From positions 31,620,001-31,684,000 of the forward strand of contig NC_042998.1 in the NCBI RefSeq assembly GCF_006345805.1: 64,000 bases of DNA, written 5' to 3'. Position numbers and translations under genes: made by a program. This document shows, piece after piece, positions 28,191 through 43,040 of this stretch. The stretch is from Octopus sinensis. Its lineage: Eukaryota. Every line of letters begins with the position of its first letter. Within the stretch, counting starts at the first letter, position 1. The notes under the pieces were generated by a model. It was not told the origin of the DNA, searched no databases, and was given only the letters and a program-made list of their open reading frames with translations.

Positions 28191-28400
28191 CATGATAGAC
28201 CGTTAGCTCCTACACGCATTTTTTTCTCTCTTTGTTTCTCTCCTTGTTTCTTTTCTGTGTATCTTTCTGTCGAAGTGCGTAGGCTCGAAACGTATAAGAC
28301 TTGTTCTATTTCTATTCCTGAGCGCCATACTAATACATTTGTTTGTTTGTACTCCACCTGCCTTCGTCTTTTGTTTACTTTCGTAAACCTTCCCGTTATA
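28191..28400 (+). mobile_element. Penelope-like terminal repeat fragment (P1) with hammerhead-like motif at 28263-28298
   Basis: cttt-CTGTCGA-A-GTGC-GTAG-GCTC-GAAA-C-GTA-taag; ends in (TA)n; homologous to 1135-1320. Confidence 0.6.
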
Positions 28401-28785
28401 ATATATATATATATATATATATATGTTTAAATATATATATATGTATGTATGTATGTGTGTGTGTGTGTGTGTGTGTGTGCGTGCGTGTGTGTGTGTATGT
28501 ATACGTTTACTGTACAACTCTCTCTGAGAGATTTAGAAATGTAATATATATGTGAAAACAGCATGGACTTTGTCTTCTTACCCTCTTAGAGGATTTAAGT
28601 AAAATTATACAAATGTGTCTGACTGTTTAAATTCTATTTAATTGTGCAGCTGAGGATAGGTCTGCATTTAAATTGATGTAATAATTGCATTGTTTCAATT
28701 AAATGGAATTCCCTTGATACGGCCGTACTGCATCACCTCTAGATATCCTGTTGCTTATTCTGATATATATATATCTATATATATA

Positions 28786-28829
<44 letters not shown>

Positions 28830-28872
28830 TGAGAAAGTTGGTGTGTGAAAGCACGTGGTTGGATATACAGAA

Positions 28873-29189
28873 AATAGAAAAGAGTGAAAAAGCTACAGAA
28901 GGCTTGTTTTATAAGGTTAAAGAATATATTTAAGTCGTTATGTTAGAAGAATGTTATAAAATTTTGCATATAGTAACATAGTTTTTGGAGAAATTGCACT
29001 GCATAACGAAGACATGACACGATATAGGTAAAGACATTTGAGAAATTTGAAAAGTTAACACGAAACCGGTAATTTCTCCAAAAACTATGTTACTATATGC
29101 AAAATTTTATAACATTCTTCTAACATAACGACTTAAATATATTTTTTAACCTTATATAACAAGCCTTCTGTAGTTTTTTCACTCTTTTC

Positions 29190-29193
<4 letters not shown>
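28873..29193 (+). mobile_element. Penelope-like remnant: 123-bp inverted repeats around a 75-bp spacer, with a hammerhead spanning the spacer/right-arm junction
   Basis: 28873-28995 is the near-perfect reverse complement of 29071-29193; followed by (TA)n. Confidence 0.75.
29040..29078 (+). ncRNA. Minimal type I hammerhead ribozyme, U3:A8 core variant
   Basis: GAGAAAU-UUGAAAA-GU-UAAC-AC-GAAA-CCG-GUA-AUUUCUC: perfect 7-bp stem I, G10.1-C11.1, palindromic stem III ACCGGU, GUA triplet. Confidence 0.72.
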
Positions 29194-29220
<27 letters not shown>

Positions 29221-29233
29221 AGTGGCTGTGATC

Positions 29234-29626
29234 GGCGTAGGAGTGGCTGTGTGGTAAGTAGCTTGCTTACCAACCACATGGTTTCGGGTTCAGTCCCACT
29301 GCGTGGCACCATGGGCAAGTGTCTTCTACTATAGCCTCGGGCCGACCAATGCCTTGTGAGTGGATTTGGTAGACGGAAACTGAAAGAAGCCCGTCGTATA
29401 TATGTATATATATATGTGTGTGTATATGTGTGTGTGTCTGTGTTTGTGCCCCTAGCATTGCTTGACAACCAATGCTGGTGTGTTTATGTCCCCGTCACTA
29501 ACGGTTTGGCAAAAGAGACCGATAGAATAAGTACTGGGGTTACAAAGAATAAGTCCCGGGGTCGAGTTGCTCGATTAAAGGCGGTGCTCCAGCATGGCCG
29601 CAGTCAAATGACTGAAACAAGTAAAA
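29234..29626 (+). mobile_element. Full-length tRNA-derived CORE-like SINE (family B)
   Basis: Head ggcgtaggagtggctgtgtggtaag, B-box gggttcagtccc, gggcaagtgtcttctactatagcc core, internal (TA)/(TG) tract, tail gactgaaacaagtaaaa. Confidence 0.9.
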
Positions 29627-30200
29627 TATATATATATATATGGACCAAAGTGCACACGCAAATTACTGACCAGCTTGAAGGCATGCTTGAAAGCACTTGA
29701 TGAATGTACTTCGGAGATTATTGAAAACGGAACCTAGTGGTTGCAAATAGAAATGGAAAACTAGATAGTTTTGCTTATGCCCACATATAGTGAAAGAATT
29801 TGTAATGCAATATAGAACATTTGAATGAATCATGCATATAAGCTAAATATTTGTGGATAAGATAAATTTAAGATGATATTCTTTGGGGCAACAAACTCGA
29901 TTGTGTCACATTTAGATGATTTGAATTTAAACGAGTAGAAATAAATCTATGTTCATTTTTTTATCTTTCAAGTATTTATCTCGAAGCCAGACAATAGTCG
30001 ACTTTGAATTGATTTCTCGTTTTCAGCGAAATATCACAAGTAATGCTATAAGTTGAAATCAATGAGCAAAAAATAGCTCCATATAATGTACTTCGTATAG
30101 AATTTCAAGAAAAGTCTATTTGAAAGTTTTACTGTCGTTTAAGAAAATTTTAAAACTTGATGTTTATGATTTCAAGCGTGTTTTTACAGACAGTATAATC

Positions 30201-30432
30201 TTACTCTTTACCCTTTTACTTATTTCAGTCATTTGACCGTGGCCATGCTGGAGCACCGCCTTTAGTCGAGCAAATCGACCCCAAGACTTATTCTTTGTAC
30301 GCCTAGTACTTATTCTATCGGTCCTTTTCGATGAACCGCTAGGTTACGGGGACGTAAACACACTAGCATTGGTTGTCAAGCGAGGCTGGGGGACAAACAC
30401 AGACACACAAACATACACATACACACACACAA

Positions 30433-30488
<56 letters not shown>

Positions 30489-30654
30489 GTACGACGGGCT
30501 TCTTTTAGTTTCTGTCTACTAAATCCACTCACAAGGCTTTGGTCATCCCCAGGCTATAATAGAAGACATTTGTCCAAGGTGCCATGCAATGGGAGTGAAC
30601 TCGGAACCATGTGGTTGGTAAGCAAGCTACTTACCACACAGCCACTTCTACGCC
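30201..30654 (-). mobile_element. Full-length family B SINE
   Basis: Reverse-complement homologue of 29234-29626. Confidence 0.9.
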
Positions 30655-32049
30655 TATATGAAGAAGATAGCAATCTAAAATTAACTTTCATTAATAAGTA
30701 TTCTCAAATCACAGTATATATATTTTTTTATGTCATAGTTTAGGCTGAAACTTTAAAAGCATTATGCTATTTCTTTCCGCTGCAATAAATTAAGCTTTCT
30801 CCATTCGTTCAGAAGAAATTTAATTTTAAAAGCAAATGCCCATGTGTGGGCTAAGCGCCCAAGAACAAGCCTTTCATTGCGAAAGACTAATCCATGACGC
30901 CATTTATGAGAGAACCCGCAATAAGTTAAACATGGCGTACTCCCATCTGCTTCCCCAAAAATATAGTGACATACATACTCGCGCACATAGAAACATGTAA
31001 AAATGAAACACACACACACTCACACACACACATTGAATATAGAAAATACTATTTATTAATATATCGATTTCCTATCCTTAGTTTTATATGAAACAAGTGA
31101 AGTGAAAATTTCGCAGCCTGTTACAAAAACCAAGTGACTAATAAGGCTCATACTGGATATCTTTATTAAATTAACTGTGAACAGTATCTCTCTATATTCC
31201 CTATTTCTAGTTTGAGCTTAAATGGATAGCTATATGTACGAATTTTCCACTTACTAGATAATTTATAGCCATTAATTTATTCCCAAATGTTTTATAAAAG
31301 CAGTTAAAAATGAACGGAAATACCTTTCCTTATATATAAGCCTCGTTAGTAGCTAAATGCGTTATGAATTCATAGTATTATGTACACAACAATATTTGGT
31401 GCAAATCTATTATGTATGTAATCGGGTTCTCATTTTGAGTATGTTTGAGAATTCCGTTCATCTCATATATGAGCCCACACATCACATTAAAACATTGTCC
31501 AAACGCATAACACGTATAAAACGTATAAAACTCACATATACATCTATATACAAATATACTCACAAGTAGCTTGTGAAATTTGTCTATATACAAATATACA
31601 CACGCGTAGCTTGTGAAATAAGGTGGAATATTCATGTTTGGAATAAGCATTAGTTATTTTTCTTCAAATCATAAAGCTGAATGCATGGATATTCCAAAAA
31701 AAAAAAAGTGTTTTCAAAACATATTAGTTGCTATGGTGAATGAAAATCTACTAAACTCTTTTTATTGCCATGTGAATAAGTAAATGTTTTGCATACAGAG
31801 AGAGAGAGAGAGAGAGAGAGAGCAAAGATCTTATGTATATAACCGTTCAACATTCTCACATTATATTGACACCAAAAATATATTTGTTTTATATATCTTT
31901 TCTTATTTATCTTTAACTTGCTCCAGTCATTAGACTACAGCCATGCTGGGGCATCAACTACAACAATTTTAAATTGAATGAATCCACTCCAGTACATATT
32001 AGTTTTTAAGACCAGATAATTTTTGGCTCTCGGTATCTTTTACCGAGCT

Positions 32050-32062
32050 GCTTGGATATGTG

Positions 32063-32094
<32 letters not shown>

Positions 32095-32175
32095 TGTATG
32101 TATGTATGTATGTATCTATGTATGTCTGTGTGTGTGTATATATATATGTATATATATATATTATATATATATATA

Positions 32176-32207
<32 letters not shown>

Positions 32208-32229
32208 GTATATATATGTACATACATAT

Positions 32230-32273
<44 letters not shown>

Positions 32274-32402
32274 GTATATATATAAATATATATACATGTA
32301 TATATTTATATGTATATATATATGCATATATACCTATATAATGTATATATATCTATATGTATATAAATGCATATATATATGTATATATATGTACATACAT
32401 AT

Positions 32403-32490
<88 letters not shown>

Positions 32491-32529
32491 CACATATATA
32501 TATACATATATATGTACATATTTCTATAT
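32050..32529. repeat. Long degenerate (TATG)n/(TA)n array
   Basis: Direct reading. Confidence 0.95.
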
Positions 32530-32893
32530 ATAACTTTGAATAACTTAGAAAGGTTTTGGCCAGTATTGGCCCAGGCCATGTCTAACTTAATAGCACCACC
32601 TGGCGAAGTCTTTCAGTTCAGGATTTGGGCACCAAGGCCCATTCGAGCAGAGAGTTATTGTTTGCGGAGACATATCCGGGTGTGGGTGGTTTGTCCGGTA
32701 CTGTTTGAAGGAATTTGTCCAAAGACTTCTTGAATTTTGTGTGGTCAGTTTCTTTTTTAACGTGTCCTGGTGTAATGTTGAAGAGAGCGCGTCCAATTGA
32801 GGTGAAATAGTTGTGCCGTATTGTCGTTATGTGATGCGATTTAGATTTTTGTTGTGGACGGATGGCACGTGGTCCAAGCCTTGGATGCATTTT
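32530..32893 (-). mobile_element. 3' end of CR1/L2-like LINE (open RT C-terminus plus 3' UTR)
   Basis: Minus frame: [13 protein letters not shown]...[16 protein letters not shown]...[38 protein letters not shown]; homologous to 1603-2048 and 41985-42047. Confidence 0.82.
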
Positions 32894-32987
32894 GTATATA
32901 TATACAAATATATATACATGTGTACATATATACACACATATATATACATGTATATATCTGTATATACATATATATATACATGTATAC

Positions 32988-33067
<80 letters not shown>

Positions 33068-33712
33068 GTATACATATGTGTGCCTATGTATCTGTACGTG
33101 TATAGGACGAAAGGGAATAAAAGATACATTAAAACAAAGTATGTGAACTCATGCAAAATTTTTCGAGAACGATGATGAACTACATAAAATATACTTTTCT
33201 TTGCGATTAGGGGGCTTAAGTGGGGGGAAAACATCCCCTGTGATATTTCAAATACCTCCGATTTCAATGAAAATATTATCATAACTACTAGGTACTACGT
33301 ATAGATGCTTCACAAATTTCACCATCTTACCATATCATTTGACCCCACTTTATGGGGTTTATGACACGGGACAGAGCCCCTTTGAAACGCGCAACTGCAT
33401 CCATTTTTCATGGAAGATACTTAAAATTTAAGTATGCGTTTTGGAATAAGTGTACTGTAAAACTTCAGCAATGCATGTCTCATTATAGAGTTTGCAACGT
33501 AATCTTATGCATTAGAAAAGGAAAATGTACTTAGTTTACCGTATCACTGTCAGTCCGTATCACACATACAGCGATACCAATACAACGATCGACCAATACA
33601 ATACAACGCGCATACCAATACAACGATCGACGGTGATTAGCTGTTTATAAAAAAAAGCTTTTCTTTTTATACGTGTTTGACTTAATTTTGTCACGTTTCA
33701 CCTACACGCTAG

Positions 33713-33714
<2 letters not shown>

Positions 33715-33783
<69 letters not shown>

Positions 33784-33798
33784 TATATAGTATGCATG

Positions 33799-33833
<35 letters not shown>

Positions 33834-34009
33834 CATGTATATATATGTATATATGTATATATATATGTAAATATGTATATATGTGTGTGTATTTGTATAT
33901 ATATATATGTATGTATATGTGTATATATATGTATATATATATATGTATGCATGTATGTATGTATTATATATATATATATATATATGTACATTATATATGT
34001 ACAATTATA

Positions 34010-34045
<36 letters not shown>

Positions 34046-34170
34046 TACATACACACAAATACATATATATATATATGCATATAGATATATGTATGTATAT
34101 GTATGTATGTATATATAAATATATATATGAATATATGCATATATATACATAATATATATATATATAGTTA

Positions 34171-34239
<69 letters not shown>

Positions 34240-34290
34240 CTCTCTATATATGTGTGATGTGTGTGAGTGAGTCTGTGTGTGAGTGTGTCT
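33715..34290. repeat. Degenerate (TA)n array followed by (TC)n/(TATC)n/(TG)n
   Basis: Direct reading. Confidence 0.95.
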
Positions 34291-34992
34291 GTGTGCGTGC
34301 CTGTATTTAAGAAATTTACTGCATTGTTATTTATCCATGCGTGTTCTTTGAAATAAACTCTTCCAATAATTTGATGATTTTTCTAACAACATCAATTCAA
34401 TTATTTAATTTGACTCATCAATTTATACTCAGGAGCGTGCGCAGTTCTGCATCACGGTAATATTGAACTCTGCGAAGATGTAACCCTTTTAAATTACGAT
34501 GTACAATCCTTTTAATTCCGGACACTTAACATTTTGTTTCATGAATTGATAAGAACTACCGTTATTCCAAAGAGAATTATGATAAATTAGCCAAGATTTT
34601 CGTTAGTTGCTCAATGATATTGATGTAATATAATTATAATAAAACTACTATACAATGCTATAACTTTCCGAAGACATTTATATATTAGCAGATAAAATGC
34701 CACTAAATCGAACTCCATAAATTTAAAAGCTGCGTTATTGCTTGTAGCTTGAAAATTTTATTAAGTCTGTCATATTTCTTGAAATTTTAATGGTTTTTGT
34801 TTTCACCTGGAACTTTTCCTTTCGTGGGAATGGTAAGACGGCAAAGGTTACAGTGTAACGTTATACTGAAGAGAATATTTTTTTGTTAGCTGTATACATT
34901 ATTCGAAGAATAATATCTTTTACATAACATCCTCTTGGTTACATCCTTCTTGTTTTCAAATACTAAATATCTGGGACAGTGAATTTGCCAAT

Positions 34993-35374
34993 GGAAGCAC
35001 TCCGTCGGTTACGACGACGAGGGTTCTGGTTGATCCGAATCAACGGAACAGCCTGCTCGTGAAATTAACGTGTAAGTGGCTGAGCACTCCACAGATACGT
35101 GTACCCTTAACGTAGTTCTCGGGGATATTCAGCGTGACACAGAGAGTGACAAGGCCGGCCCTTTGAAATACAGGTACAACAGAAACAGGAAGTAAGAATG
35201 AGAGAAAGTTGTGGTGAAAGAGTACAGCAGGGATCACCACCATCCCCTGCCGGAGCCTCGTGGAGCTTTAGGTGTTTTCGCTCAATAAACACTCACAACG
35301 CCCGGTCTGGGAATCGAAACCGCGATCTTATGACCGCGAGTCCGCTGCCCTAACCACTGGGCCATTGCACCTCC
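34993..35374 (-). mobile_element. Full-length family C SINE (tail type i) with 12-bp TSD
   Basis: TSD gaatttgccaat at 34981-34992 and 35377-35388; near-identical to 17005-17385. Confidence 0.92.
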
Positions 35375-36829
35375 ACGAATTTGCCAATAATTACTGACAA
35401 AACTAAATTTTAGTCGCATTTTCTGGATGACAGAGAAATTTGCTTTGTTGTCTATTATTATTCTCTCTCTTTCTCTCAGTGTTCAGAAAAGGTTCACCGT
35501 TTTCTCCATTCCTTCTTAACTTACCGAGCAGTTACTATACTGAGAAAAGGAAGCAGGTGTATCTGCAATTTTCTTGTAAGTGTAACACTATCTAAAAAGG
35601 ATTAGAATAGGCTTCTAATGGAAATGACTGATTCAGTCATTTCAATTGAATATTAATGTATACACGTGATTCGCACATCACTTTATTGATAATCTCCCAC
35701 GTATTTCGTAACGTAGGAATGACTTCACAATGAATGCTGTTATGAAAGAAGATCAATTATGATACTGAAATGTTAAATTTAAAGATAATAGCAGACACAA
35801 ATCTAAGCTTGGTTAATTTCTTAGAAATAATTCTACCTTTTCTAATGGATAAACACTGGTTTTATTCTAAACCTTACCAGAAATTGCAATATGTTAATAC
35901 AAATTCCAACCACGCCTCCATCATTTTTATACACTGAGTGACATAAGCGACGCGTATATAGTGCATAACTTGACAGGTAATTGTTTAAATGTGTTTCTCA
36001 TTATAATAGTAACACCTAAAAGCAGCGTCTTTAAAGAGAAAATAAATTAGTTACAGAATAGCAATAACATTTATAAAATGGAAATATATTATGCGAAATA
36101 ATATTAATAAAAATCCTTCTATTGTTTAAACGTTCATTCCAATGTAACTAGAATTTTCTGGAACCTTAGAAATATATATAACTTAAAAAATCACTTGCAC
36201 GATAAATTTGACTATGTCTAGCCAACAGCATGTGATGCATCATATTTACTATAAACTCACCAAGTCATGCTTCTCTACACAGTTTCAACTACCACAATAT
36301 TTGTTCTCTCAGCGATACGTGCCTTTACAACGCAATAGTTTATTGAACTAATGCCTACGTGTCCGCTAAGAGTGAGGTAAATATCTATTGGAAATTAGTG
36401 AATATTTCTTTAAAAAGTGATTTCCGTAACATATGCAACCGCTCAGGTGCATTATCCATTCCGTAATCCAGTATTGGCGTATAAACAAGGATATATTAAA
36501 TATCATAATGGTACTTGACTTAGATTCGAAAATGAGCCTTCCGTCTTGTATTTGTCTAAAAGTACTACTTTTGTCTCTCGTAGAATTATAACATTCGATT
36601 ATAGTTCCATGAAATTTTGAAGAGAATATTCAATCGATAGATTCCACTGCAACTCACCTATATCTATTTATTGAGGAATTTCCAGCGACCAACTGACTAA
36701 CATAGTTTATTTCGAATATAATAGATTCACTATACGCTGAAAAATAAGCGCAAAGAGAAGCAAAGCATTAATTCATTATTGATGAGTAAAACCTTATTGG
36801 AAAATACCACCCACATTTATTATGCCCCT

Positions 36830-37560
36830 GTTTCCACACCAACCCAGGACAAATTTATATTATTTGCTCTCAACCGAAGCAAGGCTCTATAACCTCAGTA
36901 CCTCCTCCTGATTAAAAAACCTAGCATGAACCTAACATGATAAAACCTAACATGAACCTACCACTAAACCCGGCTATCTCACTCAATAATTATTTTACAT
37001 ACCTTCAAGGGTATACACCACCAATGATACACTGTCATCCTCTTTACAACACAAGAGGGACCATGTGATTAAAATGTTCCTGTACCTCAACAAACCACAC
37101 AAATCCGCCATCCATCTTCACAAATACACCAACGTATCACCTGTATATACTTCTCCATAAATAAACACCCCTCTATATGCTTTGTACCCATAATCCATAT
37201 AGGCACATCTCAGATTGAACTACACACACAAACACAAAACACACTACATACGCACAGCAAGAATATGATCCGCAGCAAGCTATAAGTACAATATATACCT
37301 TCCGTAGTTACATGCTAAGTCACACTCAGTCTTACGTTCTCAGCTGGAAGATCTAAGCTGAGAACGGATTCAGTACCATTGCACAACTATGACATGGCAG
37401 AATGCAATGATGACCATCAACCCAATCTCTCCCTCTATGTGTAAGTTGTAGCTCGGAGTCTCTATATGTTATAGCAATATAATCATTCCGTCTGTGACAG
37501 CTTCTTTTACTGGTATCTACAAATCTACCTACTTGACTTAGCCTGAATAAAATAATGCGA
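36830..37560 (+). mobile_element. Possible heavily decayed LINE 3' region
   Basis: Strand-biased C/A-rich composition and broken frames (e.g. RSKLRTDSVPLHNYDMAECNDDHQPNL) loosely reminiscent of LINE ORF2 C-termini; no firm motif. Confidence 0.25.
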
Positions 37561-37984
37561 CGGTTCTGATACCATCACGGCAACTGATCAAACTGTTCAA
37601 AATATTTTCGAATAATCTTTACCTTGGTCTGCAGACAATCACGAGTAAATAATGGGAATTTGCCGGACATATACCTTTACGGTATGACAAGATCAAAGAG
37701 AAATGTTGGCGTTGAATTTAATAAAGAATCTCAATACCGCGATACACTAGATACAGACATTTTATCTTATAACCCGGTAACCTAACAATTGCATGAAAAA
37801 TTTACAGAAGATGCAGCCTTGTAGAGAAAAATGGATTATGAGATATCTATATACCATTCACTATTCATATTGTTTTACGTGCGTATGTTAGAGCATGGTT
37901 GATAGTTTGGGATTCTCTTATATTTGCGTGCATGGGGTCTGTGTATACACGAAGAGGACATCAGTATGCGGACGTATTTGATAC

Positions 37985-37988
37985 ACAA

Positions 37989-38038
<50 letters not shown>

Positions 38039-38280
38039 TATATACATATATATATATATATGTATGTATGTATGTATGTATATATATGTATATATATGTA
38101 TATATATGTATATATATATATGTATGTATATGTATATATATGTATATATATGTATATATGTTTGCCTGTATATATATATTTATGTACATATATATGTGTA
38201 TAAATATGTATATATATGTATGTATATGTGTATATTGTATATATATGTATGTATATGTATATATATGTATGTATATATAT

Positions 38281-38322
<42 letters not shown>

Positions 38323-38360
38323 ATAATATATATATATACATATATATATATATGTATATG
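37985..38360. repeat. Degenerate (TA)n/(TATG)n array
   Basis: Direct reading. Confidence 0.95.
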
Positions 38361-40930
38361 CTTGTATGTCAAATGCATCGGATTATATTTACAAATTATT
38401 TCCCATTTGAAGTATTATTTTGGCATACTATAAATAATTAAATTTGATTCGCCCGCCTGAAACCACTCCTCCCAAAGAACCCTTACAAATCTTGTCTGTT
38501 TTATGTAGGATTTTAAACAGAAATTTATGCGGGAAAAGTTAAAAGAAATCCATTAGATAGTGAATATATCAGGGTGAAAGATAACACTTTTCAAATCATT
38601 TTGATGAAGTGTTAGCAATGAACATCACTTTCTGACGGAAATGGCATGTTTTCTAATGACCTAAGTACCGATTCATTTTAATATAACCGTCTATTATGTA
38701 AATTCTATCCGTCAGTTGGCAGAGTATTTTGCTTTCTATGGTAATTAAATAACATGAACGATCTTTTTATATTTTCGTTTTACATATAAACAACAGCATT
38801 AATTAAATCGAAATTTAGTAAAGATAAATTAATAAAAAAAGTCTTCAATTTGCATTTCAACTGAATTGGCTAATGGGATTCCTGTAATGGTTTTTAGATC
38901 CATTTTTTTTAAACATAGGAACTGAACTGTAAAAATGGATTAATGTCGACTTTTCACGGAACAATGAATCAAGAATCCTGTACAACGTAATATTGAATTT
39001 GTTCTATCTAAACGCTTAGTGAAAGATGCATGCGGGATAAGAAGTATTTCAATGACAATCTGAACTTCACTTTGTCAGTGACGTAACTGAGGTGAAATTG
39101 CTACAGATATGAGTTGAATTTAATTCAAAGATTCAGATTTCAAAAAGTTTATTCTATAGATCACATTACGTGCCACAGCAGAAATGCATTCACATCTTGC
39201 GTGAGCTACTTCCATTGATTTTGAGAAGTAATATTGATTTCATACATTCGTATGTGAATGGGTTTGTCGTATACAACTGAATCGCCCACAGGGAATAACT
39301 CGCAGAGTGTTTCTTCCCCACAAATCAACGAGATTTTTCACGGAAATAAATATTTAAAACAATGTAGTCTTATAATCTAATCTTTCTGATAGGTGAAAAA
39401 TATTCGATTTACAAAATTTTTTCTAAATGGATATAATTCGTTAAGATATTTTCGAACTGCATACACTATCGAAAATACGTGAAATATATAATGCTAGTCA
39501 TACAGTCATATAAACGACTCACGAGAGAAGGAAGGTAACATCGACTAAGGCAGCGTTTGAACATATTAAATTCAGGAAAAAGTTTCAATATCGCAACGCA
39601 TATCAGTTCTCTCTCTCACTTTCTTTCTCCCTCAGACACATATACAATCGCTCTGAAATTTGAATTGTTCCCATTCCATTCAGTCGTATGCTACAATTTG
39701 GAATGAAGATATTTTTTCGCTATATCTTCATAACATAATATTATAGCGGCTTTCAGAATAGAATTAATTTTTGCTGGCAAAAATAGTATATTTTGGCATT
39801 TGAGTTTCCTCAAATATTATTGTCTCAGATAATTCCTACATTTTAAGAGATCTGCAACTATGCTGGCAACGTGAAAAAATTACCGAGGCCTTTATATTGT
39901 AATACACTCCATGCGTTCACCTGCTGATGCGCAGACACAAAATTTTCTCTTCACATTTCTGTTCGAAGCTCGGGAAAAAATATGCTGAAGATGCATGTAT
40001 ATTTCAATGTACTCACTTTGAATTATTCTCCATACATCACATCATTTAAGCAATATTTATAGATGCACATAATTTAGTTAGGATAAATATTATTTTCTAT
40101 TTAATTGAATAATTTCCTGAACTCTTGCAGGTAGCAATATTCTTGGATACGCTTAATATTTTCACTAATAAACACGCATGCACGCACACTCAACCGAAGG
40201 CGCATAATACATATACGTACATTTATAAAGAAATGTATATGTACCCCATACACACATACACACATACACACATATGTACTTGCAGATTTAACTATATGGA
40301 TATACATAAATGCATACACACGCACAGACAAATACATTTACTTGCACATACTGGTATACATATTCTTTCAGTGATATATTTTCATACAAACATACATAAA
40401 CGTAGATATGCACAAATATAATTATAATCAAATTATTTGCATATATAAAGAAGGGCCGTTTCTCCACGTAGGAACAATAGGAGAATTTGTTTTTGAAAAT
40501 GCACCAGAACTTTAAAACCTTGTAAATAAATTTATTTACTTACATACAAAACTAGTTTCACCATTTTTTTTTTGCTTATCAATCGTATAAACGTATATAA
40601 AACAATGGGATTTTAACAGGATTTAAAATTACGAAGTAGAAAACTTGTTTAAATGTTCACAAAATTCAATGTCTGGGGTAGATAAAATCAAAAATGATCG
40701 GCGAATAATATAAAAATGTTCATTACTAAAAGTTTGGTCGTGTTGAGTTATTATAGACTACGTGGACAAGAGAAAGAAAGAAGATAAGAAGAGAGTGCAT
40801 AAAAGGGTTTTTATTTATAATTTCTGTCGTCTTCCGTGCAGTATATTTTCTGTCGCTTTTAACGAAGTGTTTTGGAATTAGTGCATATATATGAAAGAAG
40901 GTTTGAAAATGCAGTTACAAATATGTTTAT

Positions 40931-40976
40931 TCACTTGACCGGTTTCACTTTTGTAGAAAAAGATTGTCAGAAGTAA
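40931..40976 (-). ncRNA. Degenerate hammerhead relic
   Basis: Reverse complement: UUACUU-CUGACAA-u-CUUUU-UCUAC-AAAAG-u-GAAA-CCG-GUC-AAGUGA; the stems fold, but G8 is A (unpaired with C3) and 10.1/11.1 is a U-U mismatch. Confidence 0.45.
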
Positions 40977-41369
40977 AATGTAAAGCTTTGTATAAGCTTT
41001 GTTGTGTTAAGTACAGGTTGTCACAATATATTAAAATACATATATACATTCTTTGATAATAATAAGAAAATGTTAAAAACAGTTTACAAGAAAGTATTTA
41101 CGAAAGTAATCAGAATGGGACTCCAAAATGTATTATGAGTTCAATAAAAATCATGTTTGTTTTGGTAGTATATATATACACAGAAAGAGATATATTTAAG
41201 TATTTACAAAAAATTGGAGAGGAATAACTGATCTGTCTTTCTGACATTTTGTCCCGTGTGTAGCTGAGGAAAGTTTGCTATTTTAAGGAACAGTGTGGGA
41301 GGTTGGCTGGTGGGGAGAGAGTATTCTCATATATTTTTGTACGGTGTTTCTTCTTTTATATACAGCCAA

Positions 41370-41794
41370 ATGGAAAAAAGACCCGCTTTAGTGAATCGAA
41401 ACGGAGTGATGTTTCATCAGGACAATGTGCGACACCACACTGCAAAGATCATATCACAGTAGATTGAAGAGCTTGGTTGGGAAAAAATTCTTTATCCACC
41501 TTATTCCCCCGAAGTTGCTCCTTCAGACTACCATTTGTTTCGCTTTTTTCCGAATCATTTGGGGGGCATAACTTTCGCAAGCCAGAAGGAGGTCGAAACT
41601 GACATTTCAGAGTTCTTCGCTTTGAAACCAAAAGAGTTTTACATTGATGGGATTAAAAAGGTTGTAAATTGATGGAAGGAAGTCATAGATAATCGGAGAA
41701 AATACATTGATGATTAAATTTCAATTCAATATAACATTTGATCAATTATTTTCTTTATGCAAAATTCGGACAGAAGTTATGGGATGACCTGATA
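41370..41794 (+). pseudogene. Mariner transposase 3' half with right terminal inverted repeat
   Basis: Reads EKRPALVNRNGVMFHQDNVRPHTAK...LGWEKILYPPYSPEVAPSDYHLFR...WKEVIDN...KYIDD* (HDNARPH and YSPDLAPSDY motifs) with two in-frame stops; followed by TIR-like cggacagaagttatgggatgacctga+TA. Confidence 0.9.
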
Positions 41795-43040
<1,246 letters not shown>

